A stretch of DNA of 64,000 bases from the NCBI GenBank assembly GCA_036172245.1, contig JAYWIR010000014.1, forward strand, positions 1,240,001-1,304,000, read 5' to 3'. This stretch comes from Raillietiella orientalis (Eukaryota). Shown piece by piece: positions 1 through 11,699 of the stretch. A model generated the notes under the pieces. That model saw only the letters and a program-made list of their open reading frames with translations. It was not told where the DNA came from and made no database searches. A program made the translations under genes and the position numbers. The stretch's first letter is position 1; each line of letters opens with the position of its first letter.

Positions 1-99
1 CGAAGGAACACAGGAGTTTCATTTTCCGAAATCTAAAGCAAGCAGCCTCCGAAATGGGAAAAATCGACAGATGCCAATGACTGTTGCCGAAGACTTCAC

Positions 100-3000
100 T
101 TTCCCGAGGATTAACCCACATCCTCTGAGATAATACATTCTTGCGTAAGAATTGCCTAATGTGAAGTAGGTGAATCTAAAATAAGGGTATCGAAAAAGAA
201 TGGTAATTCTTCCTCATCATCCATGCTGCGTCACTCAGCAACAGCAGAGGAGCTACTGGGTTTTGAGGAGTGAGAGTCCAGCTAGAGCAGATGCAACAGT
301 GCCTTGTCGTACCCTGTTCAAAGAGCCTCGAAAAGCAACCAAGTAAGAAGGAAGAATCAGAGTGGGGATTTCTAGTCATGAGAACGCTCTGACTAATGAA
401 ATTCTCTCGTTCTGCTGATTCGGACGCTGCGTTCTTCTGAACGAAGTTCTTGTTTTCAGGCTGACCACTGCAGCATTCCTAGGTCATTCGTTTCAGTATC
501 GTTCCTTCCTTTTCACTTCCAGTGTGTGAGAGATGACTCAACCGGTATTGATAATGCATCACGTGTTTTTGTTGGAATGTGGTAAATTGGCCAAGGTGAT
601 CAGAAGAAACACTGACGTGCTGCTGGGTAAAGTTTCAAGCCGGTACCTCTGTAAAAGCCAAAGAAAACCCTGTAAGAAATCATCGATTGAACTTTAGCTG
701 GGTCAAGATTAGCGGGAGGAAGGTTTCCAGTTTTTCCTTCCACACCATCAACCAGGAAAACCCGAGGATCCAGACTCCTGATTGGGGGCACCCAAGCTTT
801 ATTCATTTCTATGGAATTTGTACAACTGAGTTTATAACGGAGGGATTTATCCTCCCTTCTCAGGAACCTGAGTTCCACTCGAAGCCAGAACTACGAAGAA
901 ACTCGACAAGTGCCATGGGGAAACGCCGGGCAGAACCCTCGCGCGCCCTCGACGAGACATTTTGCTTTCCTAGTGACCGCAAGCGTTACTTAGACAAAAG
1001 ACGGGAACGACTTTCATGTTTGTGCAGAGCGCGGCGCCTTCCAGCGTCTTTGATTGACCTGCTTACGCACGCTGGAGCGCGGAGTCCCCATTTATGATTG
1101 ATACGCTAAGCAGAGGTCAAACGAATCAAACGCTGGACGAATTGCAGTTCCCCTAAACGCTCGCCCGTAATTACAGACGTCCACGCTCTTGCGCAACGTT
1201 TAGTGGGGAGTTGCGAAAGCTGTTGCTCTCTGGCGACGCTCGGCTCTTTCGCGTCGGGTGTGCTCTCGGCAGAATTCCTTCTGCTGGTGGTGGTTCCTGC
1301 AATTTCGGACAAAACAAAAGAGGGAAAAAGAGCATTCTCCCGTCTGGGAATGATCGCAAATGATCACGCCGCGATGCTGGATTGATATCGGTCCTCTGCG
1401 TTTCAAAAGGGGAGGGAAAAGGGAGGAGGGGAAGGAGGAATGGCTGGTGGTTCGATCGATTTCTCGCAGGTCATTTCCACTAAGGAAAATGGGAACATTT
1501 TCATTAAGCCGGCAACGGAAAGCAGAAAGAAAGATGAAAAATAGGGGGTAAACGAAAGAGCACCTTCGAGGAATCGTCCTCTATAGGTTGCTGCTGGGCA
1601 GAGAGGACTCCTGCGCGGGCACAGCACGCGTCACCTCGCGCCACTTCATTCTCGCCGCTTTTCAGAGATTCCCGTCCGTCCCCTGGGAGTTCGGTGTTTT
1701 CTCTTTCAGTACGCGAAAGAAGTTCGCGTCTCCAGTGACCCCTCGGATTTATTTTCACACGGTCTGCACCAACTATGAGACGCGAGATTTCCGGGTCTAA
1801 TGCGGAGGAAGTGCCCGTTCTCCGTACCGGTGACTGAAAGCGGAAGGCTACAATCCAGAGAGAGGATCGAGCAGCTGCCTGGGGTTCTTCGATCGCAAAC
1901 TGTCCTTGCTGAGAAGCAAAATACCTCTTTGACGCGGGGATGCTAAACGCCCGTTGAGGCATGCGGGCTCAAGAGGGAGAACAATACTCTGTGCTCTCCC
2001 TGTACCCCCACGGACTCTGACAAAAAACACACACACACACACTTACAAGGTGCCTTTGCCTGCTCACCTTAGGGTGAGTTCAGGATGGCAATGGTACAGC
2101 CGCTGTCCTCAGCATCGCCCTGCAAATGTGTGAACTTTCCCCCCTGGCCAACGAATCAGCTTCTCCCCTTACGATATTTGATTTCGTAGTGTAGATTCGA
2201 TTCTGAAAAATTCTCTTCTTCGGCTCCTCCCAGGTGCTACTCTTTCCCTCCCCATGCTGATCTCTGGGTAGACCCTGATCGGCTTTGCTAAAACCTAACT
2301 GCGATTTTCGCGACCACGAAGATACAATGAGAAGGTGAGCGGTGGCCGGCAGGCGTGGAGCTCCACTGAGTTCCTCTCTAGAATGGGGTGGATAGAAAAA
2401 ATGGCGATGCGGTGTGCAGCAGAGAAGATGCCTCTGTCGCGGGAGGTTGAGGTGGTCCGCTTCTCCACACTGTTCTCTCGTGAAGATCAGCAGTGCCCAG
2501 CCGACTCCTTGCGCAGGAACGGTAAAAACTCGCGAATTGGCGCCGAGGGGTGAGAAAACGAACTTCTCCAAGCCCGGAGGGCTCCCTCTGAAGCCTCTAG
2601 GTCCACCGTACGCCACGTGTCCCACCCCTTCGGCGGAGCGGAGCGCCTATCAAAGGGAAGGTCTGGATAATTTGGAAGAGCTCAGAAAATTTTGCCCATG
2701 ACCTCCCCAGCATCTCTTCATAAGTGTCTTTCCCGTGCAAAAGATTCCTCGGAGCGAGACAGAGGAGGAAAGAGAAAGAATGGAAGCGGGAAAATGTTGT
2801 CGGAGCAGAGGAAGTAGGGCAAGATTCTTGAACCCGGCCAGATGTCTCTTTCCCCCTCCCGGTTAAGAGGACACCGGGAGGACGAAGTCTGGTAGCAGCT
2901 CTTCCGAGAGCAAGCAACTAGACGAGGATCACAGGTGAGCAGAGAGGTGCGCGATCTTCTCTCCTCGGGACCGGAGCACTGCACTCGAAAGCTACAAAGA

Positions 3001-3900
3001 CAGAGAGGGAGCAGATGAACTGATGGAGCAAGGAATTTCTTGGAGGTGTTTGGTGTCCTTGAACTGGGATGGAGATGCACCGAGACTCTCAAGACGGTGG
3101 TGGTCATCTTTCTCTCTCCTTCGGTCCTCGTCATCCTGCAAGAGCTTTTCAAAGGGAGCAGGGAGGTTGAGGGGCGTCCCAGGAAAAGGACAGAGAAGGA
3201 GCCGAGGTTGCTGTGAACACACGAATCCTCTTTTTGTAGATCCAGGAACTCTAGGAAGGGGAAAAGTCTCGAGAGGAAATCAGCTACCATCTTGGAGAAC
3301 TAGTCAAGACAGCTTGGAGAGTGTCCTTCGAGGAAGTGAAGGTGCATCCGTGTGAATTGGAGAACTCTTTGTCAATGAGAGAAAGGGAGGTGAGGAGCGC
3401 AATAGGGATCCAAAGGAGCAGAGTGACTTCCTGGAAGAGGATTGGGGCGAAGCGGAGTCGTTCCTCCCGCTGCTGCCCAAAGCTCGCCTCGTCGATAGAG
3501 TCTCACGAGGAAAGGACAATAGGACTTTCCCAAAGTCCCTCAGCTCGGCCGGCTTGCTCTGACCAGAGGTCTCTATCCACTGGCTTGCGGAAGCTGTCTT
3601 TACCGGGAAATCCGATGCGGGTGGCAGATGGACTGGATAGCTGCTCTAGCCCGCATGGTCTGAAGGAAGGTCTTTCGGCCCCAGCTGCCTGCTGGAGGAA
3701 AGTAACAGCCCCCTCCTGGTCTCCATGGAGAAACAGCTGGCGGAAGATGATCGCCTCCTCACCGCTTAAAACGGCAGGATGGAGCACACATCGAGGCTCC
3801 GACGCTTCGATCTCTGGGTAGACCCTGAAGAACCGCACGAGTATCGAGAGCTGGATGCTCCGCGGCAGCGTCGCTGCTCTCTGCGCGAGATTGCTTCCGG
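100..3900 (-). mobile_element. Degenerate Ty3/Gypsy pol remnant A1 (RT-RNaseH-integrase, possible chromodomain)
   Basis: Ordered minus-strand motifs across frames. RT: LWESPIVL (~3530, cf. SPWxSPIVL), HGCTFTSSKD (cf. LxGAxxFSxLD), LNLPAPFEKLL (3171, cf. LxNAPATFQRLM), FSELFQIIQTFPLIGAP (thumb/connection). RNaseH: VFTVPAQGVGWALL (cf. TDASxxGVGAVL), YEIKYRKG at 2188-2165 followed by ADSLAR (cf. IxYRxGxxNxxADALSR). Integrase: GHWRRE..DACC (~1740-1620), W...LPLIL...TGFS (~740-660). DEEELPFFFDTLILD (~220-175) is chromodomain-like. Many stops and frameshifts. Confidence 0.7.
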
Positions 3901-5724
3901 AAATCCCGAACTATGAAAGGCATACTCAACCTGACTTTATGCCTCTTGGCCTCGAGACACCCCGCTGTTTACTCAAGAAAAGGCTGAAACTGTTGCCCAG
4001 TTTGCTAAAGAGCAGAACAGGGTCAGAGCTTTCTTGGCTAAGATACAGACCTGCTTAGGTGCTTGAGAAGCGGGAAGACATCTCTTGAGATCTCACCGAT
4101 CACTGTTGGCCGAACTGTGGGACATGGAGGACGGAGGCCACCTCGAAAAATAAGAAACTCCGGAGCATGCAGATGAGCAAAAGAGGCTGAGCACCGGATA
4201 CTTGGGAAAGAGCGCAGCCTCCCTGAAGGAACAACTCACGACGAAAGACAGACCCTCCGGAAAGAAATCATCTTTCCTCAAGTGGAAGTCGATCTTCATC
4301 TTTGATACTTCTCCTTGCCATGTGATTGTGGACCAAAAAAAAAGCAATCCTGACTTTTGAAGGCTCCCTCGCTTTGCAGCTCCGCTCAAATTTCGACATA
4401 GATACGCAGACACTCTTTTTGAGGCTGCCATGCAGTTCATGTGCTGGTTCCGTGATTTCACGATCAAAGGTCATCCTGATCAATTTTTCTTGGTGAAAAG
4501 CCACATACCTTTCTTTAGAGGTTCCCCCTTTAGCTCCTTAATTCCTGGTTAACTTCTGGTCTCATTTGACGTGGTGCTCCTCGTGGGTTCCAGATTCCTG
4601 TGACGTCCATCCGTGCACACAGGATTCAAGTGATTTTCCAGGAATTTTGAAGCAGCCTGTCCTCCTCTGTCTCGCCATCTCTTTCGATACCACATTGTCA
4701 AGACCGAACTGCCGGAATCAGACGAAACGCTTTTCTTTCAATTTTACCCAGATCTTTCGTTGATCAGCTTATCCAGTGAAGCGGAAGCACCGGTGCATCG
4801 AGATCTTCAATAGCAAGAGGTGTCGTTTTATCCACTTCCTCGGCAGTACATTTTTCTTACGTGTTGTCCGACTAGCGAGCAGCCTGAAAAAAGATGCTGC
4901 GGCATCTTTTGCTACTCTACCTCACAAGTGACTCCCTCTGTTTAGGTAGTCGGTTTCTGTCCCTGGCTCTCTGAGCTAGAAACGGATCATCTCAGAAGAA
5001 GATGAAATTCGTTTGGGTCTTCAAAGCTTCCTCGATTCAATTCCATGTTCCTCCTGTCTTGGGTGTCACGCGATGGAATCGGTTGCCACGGGAAAGACAG
5101 CAACAACATCCCTTCCGGACCGCCAAACGAGAATGACCAGGATCGGAACCAAACTTTCGGTCTGCTTTTCCCCAGTTGGACTTTCAAGCAACCTGGTACA
5201 TGCCTGCTACAGGAAGCAACCCTTTCTGCGCTTCAAGATGCTCTCCCTCCTCCGTCCATCCCTGGATTTATCGTCACGGAGGAAGAGGCTATCTGGAGAT
5301 TCTCGCTGGGATGAGAAAGGAGTCACACCTTTGCGTGAATAAACCGGGTGTCTTGTAGAAGAAGGTTCAGCCATTGGACTGTACGGGGCGAAAGTTGCAA
5401 AGAATGCCCTCCAATCTAATGGTCAACAACATGACCTTCGCTTGCGAGTCAGTGCAGCTTCTCCACAGTAATGGATGGAGCTTTTGTTTGAGATATGCAG
5501 CATCAATGCAACGAGGGAGAACTCTTTGGGGATCCGTGCACGCAACCGGACGTCCAGCGCAGAGGGAGGACGTGGCTCGGACCGGTGCGCGCAATCCAAC
5601 GTCCAACACTTACTCTGGCTTGCCCGCTTTAACGGTCGTGTGGATGTATTCTCCACGCGTAGTACCAAGCGTTGCGGATACGAATACCCTCTACGTGGAG
5701 GATCGATGCTAAGAAATGGAGAAC

Positions 5725-6370
5725 GAGACTGCTTGGCCTACAGGCTTTGGATGGGGCACCCATGGAAGTCGGAAACCAGATGCCTCCTTGACTAGCTGGG
5801 ATTGGAAGCTGACCCTACAGGATCTTTCCAGAAATCAAGGAGCCGGTTTCCTTCAGGGTTTCCCTCCGGTTGTGAAAATAAAGCCGTCCCCCTAGAGGGG
5901 AACCCTCCATCTCGTACTATGGAGCAGGTTCATAACCCCGTCAGAGGTTGCCTCTTCAGAGTGTTACAGAAGCGCGCTGCTTCTTTCGGAGAAATCTGGG
6001 AGTGTCCCTTCGGGGTTCTCTTCAGAAGATAACAAGGAGCTGTAACCTTGTGGGCTTCCTTCGGGAAGAAATTCTGGAGCATATCCTTTCTGATTAGGAG
6101 AAGAACCAAGGAAACTTCTTTGGTTCTTCTCCGAAGGGAACCCACAAAGAGCCACTGATGAATGGCCCCCTCCGGGGGATTCCTCCAGAAAGAACAAGGA
6201 TAATGTTTCCTTCAGGGGTCCCTATCAAAGCGTAAGAACTCTTTCCTCTGGAGCCTTCCTACATTAACAGGGTGGTTCCTCCGGATTGCCCTTCAACTTG
6301 AAGAGTTACATGGACCTCCGAGCGGCGTGGACAGCGTTAAAGAGCTTCGTGATCTCTTTCTAGGAGAGCC
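5725..6370. repeat. Diverged direct repeat of ~21655-22320 (homologous RT N-terminal region of A2 and B)
   Basis: Colinear shared words: ttggcctacaggctt, ggaaacc, ctgaccct, gttgtgaaa, accctccatc, gtac(t/c)atggagc, gcgctgctt, ggcgtgg, aaagagcttcgtga. Confidence 0.9.
6097..6132. repeat. Perfect 13-bp inverted repeat with 10-nt spacer
   Basis: ggagaagaaccaa ... ttggttcttctcc. Confidence 0.92.
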
Positions 6371-9011
6371 AAGACAAGTACCGAAGAAGCGACGCTCCTT
6401 CAGCACTCAGCAAACAGAAGGGAAGACCCGAAAAAATAAAAAAGAGGAAAAAACAGTCACTCTTGCTGAGATCCACGAAAGTCGCCGAGGCGACTGTTCC
6501 GTTCCCCTGACTGCTTCACTTCTCCGGCGGCAGAGCAACAGCAGCAGCTCCAGAGGACTTTAACCTTCTGAACGGGAAAAAAAAAGAAAAAGAAAAAAGC
6601 AAATGGGTTATTCTTGAACGTCATAAAGATGTCCTCATTGAACCTCTGATGATGGAAAACCATTTACCTGTGAGAAAAAAATCAGCGAATTTTACCGAAA
6701 TTCCTCCCAATCTATCATTGTTTACTTTAGTGGCTGACAACGGACATTCTCGTCCTCTAAAAATGTCTTCCATTTTATGGCTGTTCACATCGTTAGGGAA
6801 AAAAAGTATGCGCAGCAACTTTTGTGATGTTTACTTCATATTCCTTCTTCAGGTCATTGATGGGAGTCGTTAAAGTCGAGCAGGAAAAAGAAGAAAGAAC
6901 TGTAATAGCACCGAGATGAACAAAGCAGGAGCTCGAAAGGCAAAAGACATGAGCTGAGGATTATTTTTTATGCATTTTTAAACAATCGCGTTCTTTCCCT
7001 TGGTTGCGTTTTTTTTTCCTTTCCCCTGTTGAAAAGAATTTATTTCATCTGGACTGCTATAATCCCGCTATGGATTCAATGGATGACCATTTTGGGGAGC
7101 GCTGGGGATGCCAAAGACCATCTCATTAAAATAATTAGGTCTGCTTCTTTCGCATGAGCCATGAAACTCGAGGGAGCAAACACCGAAGAAAGGAACCTGC
7201 GGTGAGAAACTCTGAGCGGATTGTTTCGTTGCTTTTCTCATGCTGAGGACTCGAGTCCATTTCGCGCTCGTGGAGCGCACTCGCTTCCTGGAAAATTGCA
7301 TTCGCCATTCCCGAAATCGATTATTCGGCAATTCACCTTTCAAGGGAGGACCTCGCCAACCAGCGATCGTGTTCGTTGGGCTCCTCTTCGTGTTCAGCTG
7401 CAGCACGAAATCCACGTTCGGATTCACAGTTCCCGGGCACTTGCGAGCAAGGTGTCTCCTCTTGGAGAGCACCCCGGGAAGAGCTAGGTTCGCAAAAAGC
7501 GACTGATGATTCCTGCAGCTGCTCGCGATGGACAGTGGCCAGCTCCCTTCCAGCTATTTATTTCGCTTCTAGAAGTCATCAACAATTTTATTGGATTGTT
7601 GGGAGTATGGACTATTTCCGAATATAAATTTTACGTACCTTGCACATGCCGAGATCGACTAATCTTGGCATCTGTGAAGGATGCCCTCTCTGACCTTTCC
7701 CACTCACCGTCTCTATAAGATTGACCATCGATAAAGTCATAAAATCCTTCTAGCAGTGCACCGGAAAGCGCGCAGTGTGTCACACCTGGTGGTGTGACAG
7801 CGCCCTTGACTATAATTTATAGAATCAGTGCAGCTCAATGATTTCATTACTTATTTGTTGTACATTTCCCTGCGCTAATAACTTGTTTAATCTTCGGATG
7901 CAAACCGCGTCTTTCATAACGTGAGAGGCATTGTGAAAGAAACGACAACCGATCCAAGAACAAATTTGATTTTCTTGCCATTACATCTCAGTAGTAAATT
8001 TCCCGCAAGCCTTTCCTTTAACTCCTGATGTCTCCGAAATAGAAAATAAAATACGGCTGCAAAGTGTGCGCGTGATCTCTTGCATTATGTTCTCTAAGGG
8101 GAGCGTACGAGTAGTTTTCGTACGCAAAATTGTTCGTTGTTTAGTGAATTCCTTATCGCTTATAAATAAGTAACTACTAAACCGATGGGTTACTAACAAA
8201 CATATCAATAAGCGGATTATGTCAGCAAGTGCAAGGTCATATTTTGTTTTTCCAGAAATCAATTGGTTTCCTTTATTTAATATCATGAAATTTTTTGCTT
8301 AATGATTGCTGATGTCGGGGGATACGGGTATTATTACAGTCTTCTCAGGCAATCGGGATTCGGCAATGTAAGAACGGACATGTAATTACACGGCAAAGTG
8401 CTCATCTCTGCGTGCAAATGGAAACTGTTGGCACTCGCAACAAATCGTTTCTATTACAAATAGAAGCTGAATTTCCTACGGCCGGCAGCGGTCCACAGCG
8501 GAGATTCCTTCGTATTGACGGATGTGCGACTCTCGATAAATGAATTTTTGCTTTCATGTGACGACTGTTAACAGTTCATTTTATGGCATCTCGGTCACAT
8601 GCTTACCTGATTGTGATGCGAGCGACCACCCACCGCCCACATGCAACTTCGTCGCTATGCTCTCTTTCTTCTCCTAAAATGCATTTTCAGCAGTTTATTA
8701 TTTGATCCCTTTTCGAATGATGTCCGTGGGGTCAACAACAACATTTATGAATTTAGCGCCATTATCAGCAATGAAAGGCACGGAAAGAAAGGTAATGTCA
8801 GCCTGGTCTTGGAAATGGAAAAATCAATTGCAACCGAAGCTGAATGGGAACCTTAAAATACAGTCACGAGGCAGCCACAAGGATCAGACGTCGGTTTTTG
8901 TGAAAACAGGGGAATCCCTCTAGTCGCATTGTGGGAGCCTAAAGTTGTTTCCGGCGATTTATTTTCGTTGGATAGAACGTGTGTGACCCCTGCAAAGTAC
9001 ACGAAAGGAAT

Positions 9012-9061
9012 CCATAACTATTCGCGACTATCCATAACTAATCACCCATAACTATTCGCGA
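9012..9061. repeat. Short imperfect tandem triplication
   Basis: ccataactattcgcga at 9012 and 9046, with ccataacta at 9032 between them. Confidence 0.9.
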
Positions 9062-9588
9062 AAAGTTTGGTAGCAAAATGTGAAATCACGAGGATCTCTG
9101 TCGATCCAACGCATCCACGGTGCAACTGAGGTAAGCATGGCAACGTTCTTCGAAACGAATCCGTGCTGCTAAACATGCTGAACTTACACGGGAACGGAAA
9201 TCACTCATTCTTCTAAACTAATGAATGCAATCGTAGAATTTGCGAACGGAGACTCCAGCAAGCCAAATTCATTGCCTCAATGGATTTTGCCTATCGCAAA
9301 AGGTAAGAAGATGTGGAAAGCACATCAAGAAGTGGGTGTGAAATGCCCTTGTGGCAGAAGGGTTTTCCTGAGCTTTAAGAGCAAATTGCCTCAAAAATGC
9401 TCCTTTCTCTCTCTCTTTTCTCTTTCAGACTTTTGAAACTCTAAGCACACATGGGAGAGGAAAAAAAAGAGGGAAATCAGAAATCCTCCTAAAAGCAGAA
9501 AACCCCCCGACATGTCGTAATTTCTGAAAAGCTATTATTACAGAGTTTTAGAGTTGAAATTTTTTTCTTTGAGTCGCATGAGGTTAAG

Positions 9589-9642
9589 GATTGACCTCAT
9601 GAGTTGTTAAGATTTGTATCTTCATAATTCATGAGGTCAATC
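9589..9642. repeat. Perfect 14-bp inverted repeat with 26-nt spacer
   Basis: gattgacctcatga ... tcatgaggtcaatc. Confidence 0.93.
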
Positions 9643-11699
9643 TTGATCGAATGCCACTAGCTACAACAATCATAATAAACTGCCAGCAAATTAAACCCAA
9701 AGGACACTTTTTGCTTGCTATAATTAGCGGTCAGTTTTCAGCCGAACTACCTCCACGATCGGGTAAGTACTCGAGATAAGTGATGCAAGCCGCTCTCTCT
9801 ATTTGAGCTGATTGAAAGAGCTCTTTTTAATCTCTAGTGAAAAAAAAATTGTGCTCATGCAAGATCCAGCACGTTTGTGATCTAAGAAAGATGCACCCAC
9901 TAGGAAGCAAGGAAGCAGAATCATAGGATTGCGAGGACTATCTCTATTCAGGACAAGAAAATGGCATTTGAAATCTACGAGCGCACACAGCGCAATTGCA
10001 AACATCTTTTGATACATTCCAAATGTAGAAATGTTCACTGCTCGCTTCGTCTACATCATTGAGAAGTCCGTGATTACTGAGAAGAGATGTTTCATGTAAT
10101 TCTTATTATAGGGAGCCACGTCCCAGAAGAGTTTAATGTAATCCGGAGAATACATAACCACTTTCAGTGGCTACTCTTCGGAAAACGTGGCACGCAGTAG
10201 GTGTCAGTCATAGGAGCCCACAACGAAACGTTTGTCTGTTCAATCCAGTTTCCCTATTCCAGTGGTTTGCGCAATCCTGAAAACAGAAAGCAGGCGAAAA
10301 ATGGTTTAGCCCGGTTCATTATGTACCACTAGGCACGACATAGACTGTGATAAATTCCCAAAGTTCTTCCAGACAACTGATTCACATCGTGCCTTTAGCA
10401 AACATATGAGGTCTTCCTAAAGCTAAAATTCGGGGACAATCAGTTCTGGAAATCATGGAGGAGTTTACGGAGACCCGTATCACCCTAGAATTTTTCACTC
10501 GGGGAGCTCCTCGGATTGCAGAAATATTTCATTCTGTTATCAGTCCATTTACGGCGATCCACTTCCGGTCAGTACGCTAACTGTCCCCAGATTACCATCT
10601 ACGAGACTGCGTAAAGAACTACGAAAAGTTGAAAATCGGACGCACTGAAAACATCCATTTTTTTTTTTCCCTTCCTCTTGAAAAGAACTCTTTCTTTAGC
10701 AAAAACGACACATGACTGATATTCAATTACCTCATTTGGCAATTACCTTTTCGAGAGTCTCATTGGATGCAGTGTGCAAGTGGCAGCTTTTTATGACATT
10801 GGCGGGCAAAGGAGTGGCATTCTGGCCGACCGTGTACCGCCTCTGAGATTCATGCGCACTGCTGCTTTCTCATTCTGTTTTCCAAATGTGTCACTCAGGT
10901 TCAGTCCTGCTAACAGTAGCTCTTTTTCAGATGCAGATAATCGTGGTGAGGCAGCCTGAAAGCTCATGCGGAGACTCCTACGAAGATTGAATGGTACGTC
11001 ACTGGAGAAAAACACTCTCGATGGCTCTTAAGAGCAGGAAGGCCGTGAGCTTCTAAGTGAAATCGATTTTTTTCCAAAGTCAGATTACGTCTGCTCGAAG
11101 GATCCAATAAAATGGGTGCACATCAGATTTCTTCATAACTGATTGGATCAGAATCCGTAGTCGGTAGCAAGGCTGCCCGCTTGGGCAGAAGGGACTCTGA
11201 CTGGCTTCCCAATTTGTGAATGCAGGCATTCATCAACGATTGAAGCCAAAGAATGGTGAATGTACTTGACTTTGCCCACGAGTTTACCGAGTCGGTGGAC
11301 CTCATGCTTCCTTTTCAGTACCGAAGACCATAGGTGCTGCCTCCATCCCCAACATTCTCATCAGAATTGCATGGTACAAATTCTAGTGAGCAGTCCCCAT
11401 ATTCTATAGGTGTTTCCGTCATCTGGAAGGAGAATGAAAAGGAATTTTTTTTCTCATTTTGGTTTTTAGTCTTCATTAGTACGATCTCCTTTACTCAGCC
11501 AATACGGTATTCTTGGAACATCAGAACGAGGGTACAGGCTAGAAGAGATGCAGCAGGATTCTGGATTTTGAACTGGTAGGTGAGATGTCATCATGATCTT
11601 CATCAGTACTGTGATTTTGCGTTGGTAGCCGGAACGAAAGCATGACAAGCAAAGAGGGACATTAAAACTGCAGCAGCTCACCCTCGAGTCCAGATTTCC

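Larger units (their letters stand above)
4090..7480 (-). mobile_element. Degenerate Ty3/Gypsy remnant A2 (gag Zn-knuckle-like, RT, RNaseH)
   Basis: HLARKCP (7454-7434, cf. GHxARxCP). The RT N-terminal region 5725-6370 is alignable at DNA level to unit B. FIFF*DDPF at ~5006-4980 matches the YxDD position. RNaseH AYLCRNLSGAAKRG..GLLFFW..FHLRKD (4407-4270) matches AYxSRKLSxAExNY..ELLA..W..FxLxTDH. RT subdomains may be present twice. Confidence 0.65.
7650..10100 (-). mobile_element. Degenerate Ty3/Gypsy remnant P (partial RT, RNaseH, integrase core)
   Basis: RT: LVDFK..LN and IFFSLEIKKSSFNQL (9849-9805, cf. FSxLDLKSGFHQI), SFKSLK (~9440, cf. AFxxLK). The RT is shorter than normal, implying an internal deletion. 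Integrase: LLVTHRFSSY (cf. LVxVDxFSKY), CGKFTTEM*WQE (~8007-7972, cf. GxxFTSxxW), ASHVMKDAVCIRRLNKLL (cf. AYHPQxDGxxERxNxxL). Confidence 0.65.

Noticed and set aside
2027..2046. CA microsatellite next to a minus-strand gtaagt donor site, suggesting an intron
   Set aside because: The adjacent candidate exon has stops in all three frames and lies within relic A1.
3264..3290. MVADFLSRL as an RNaseH C-terminal motif
   Set aside because: It lies in the middle of A1's RT motif series with no preceding RNaseH motifs in range. Treated as coincidence or unresolved.
9012..9061. CRISPR-like repeat-spacer pattern
   Set aside because: Units are only 9-16 nt with tiny spacers, the context is eukaryotic, and there are no cas genes.
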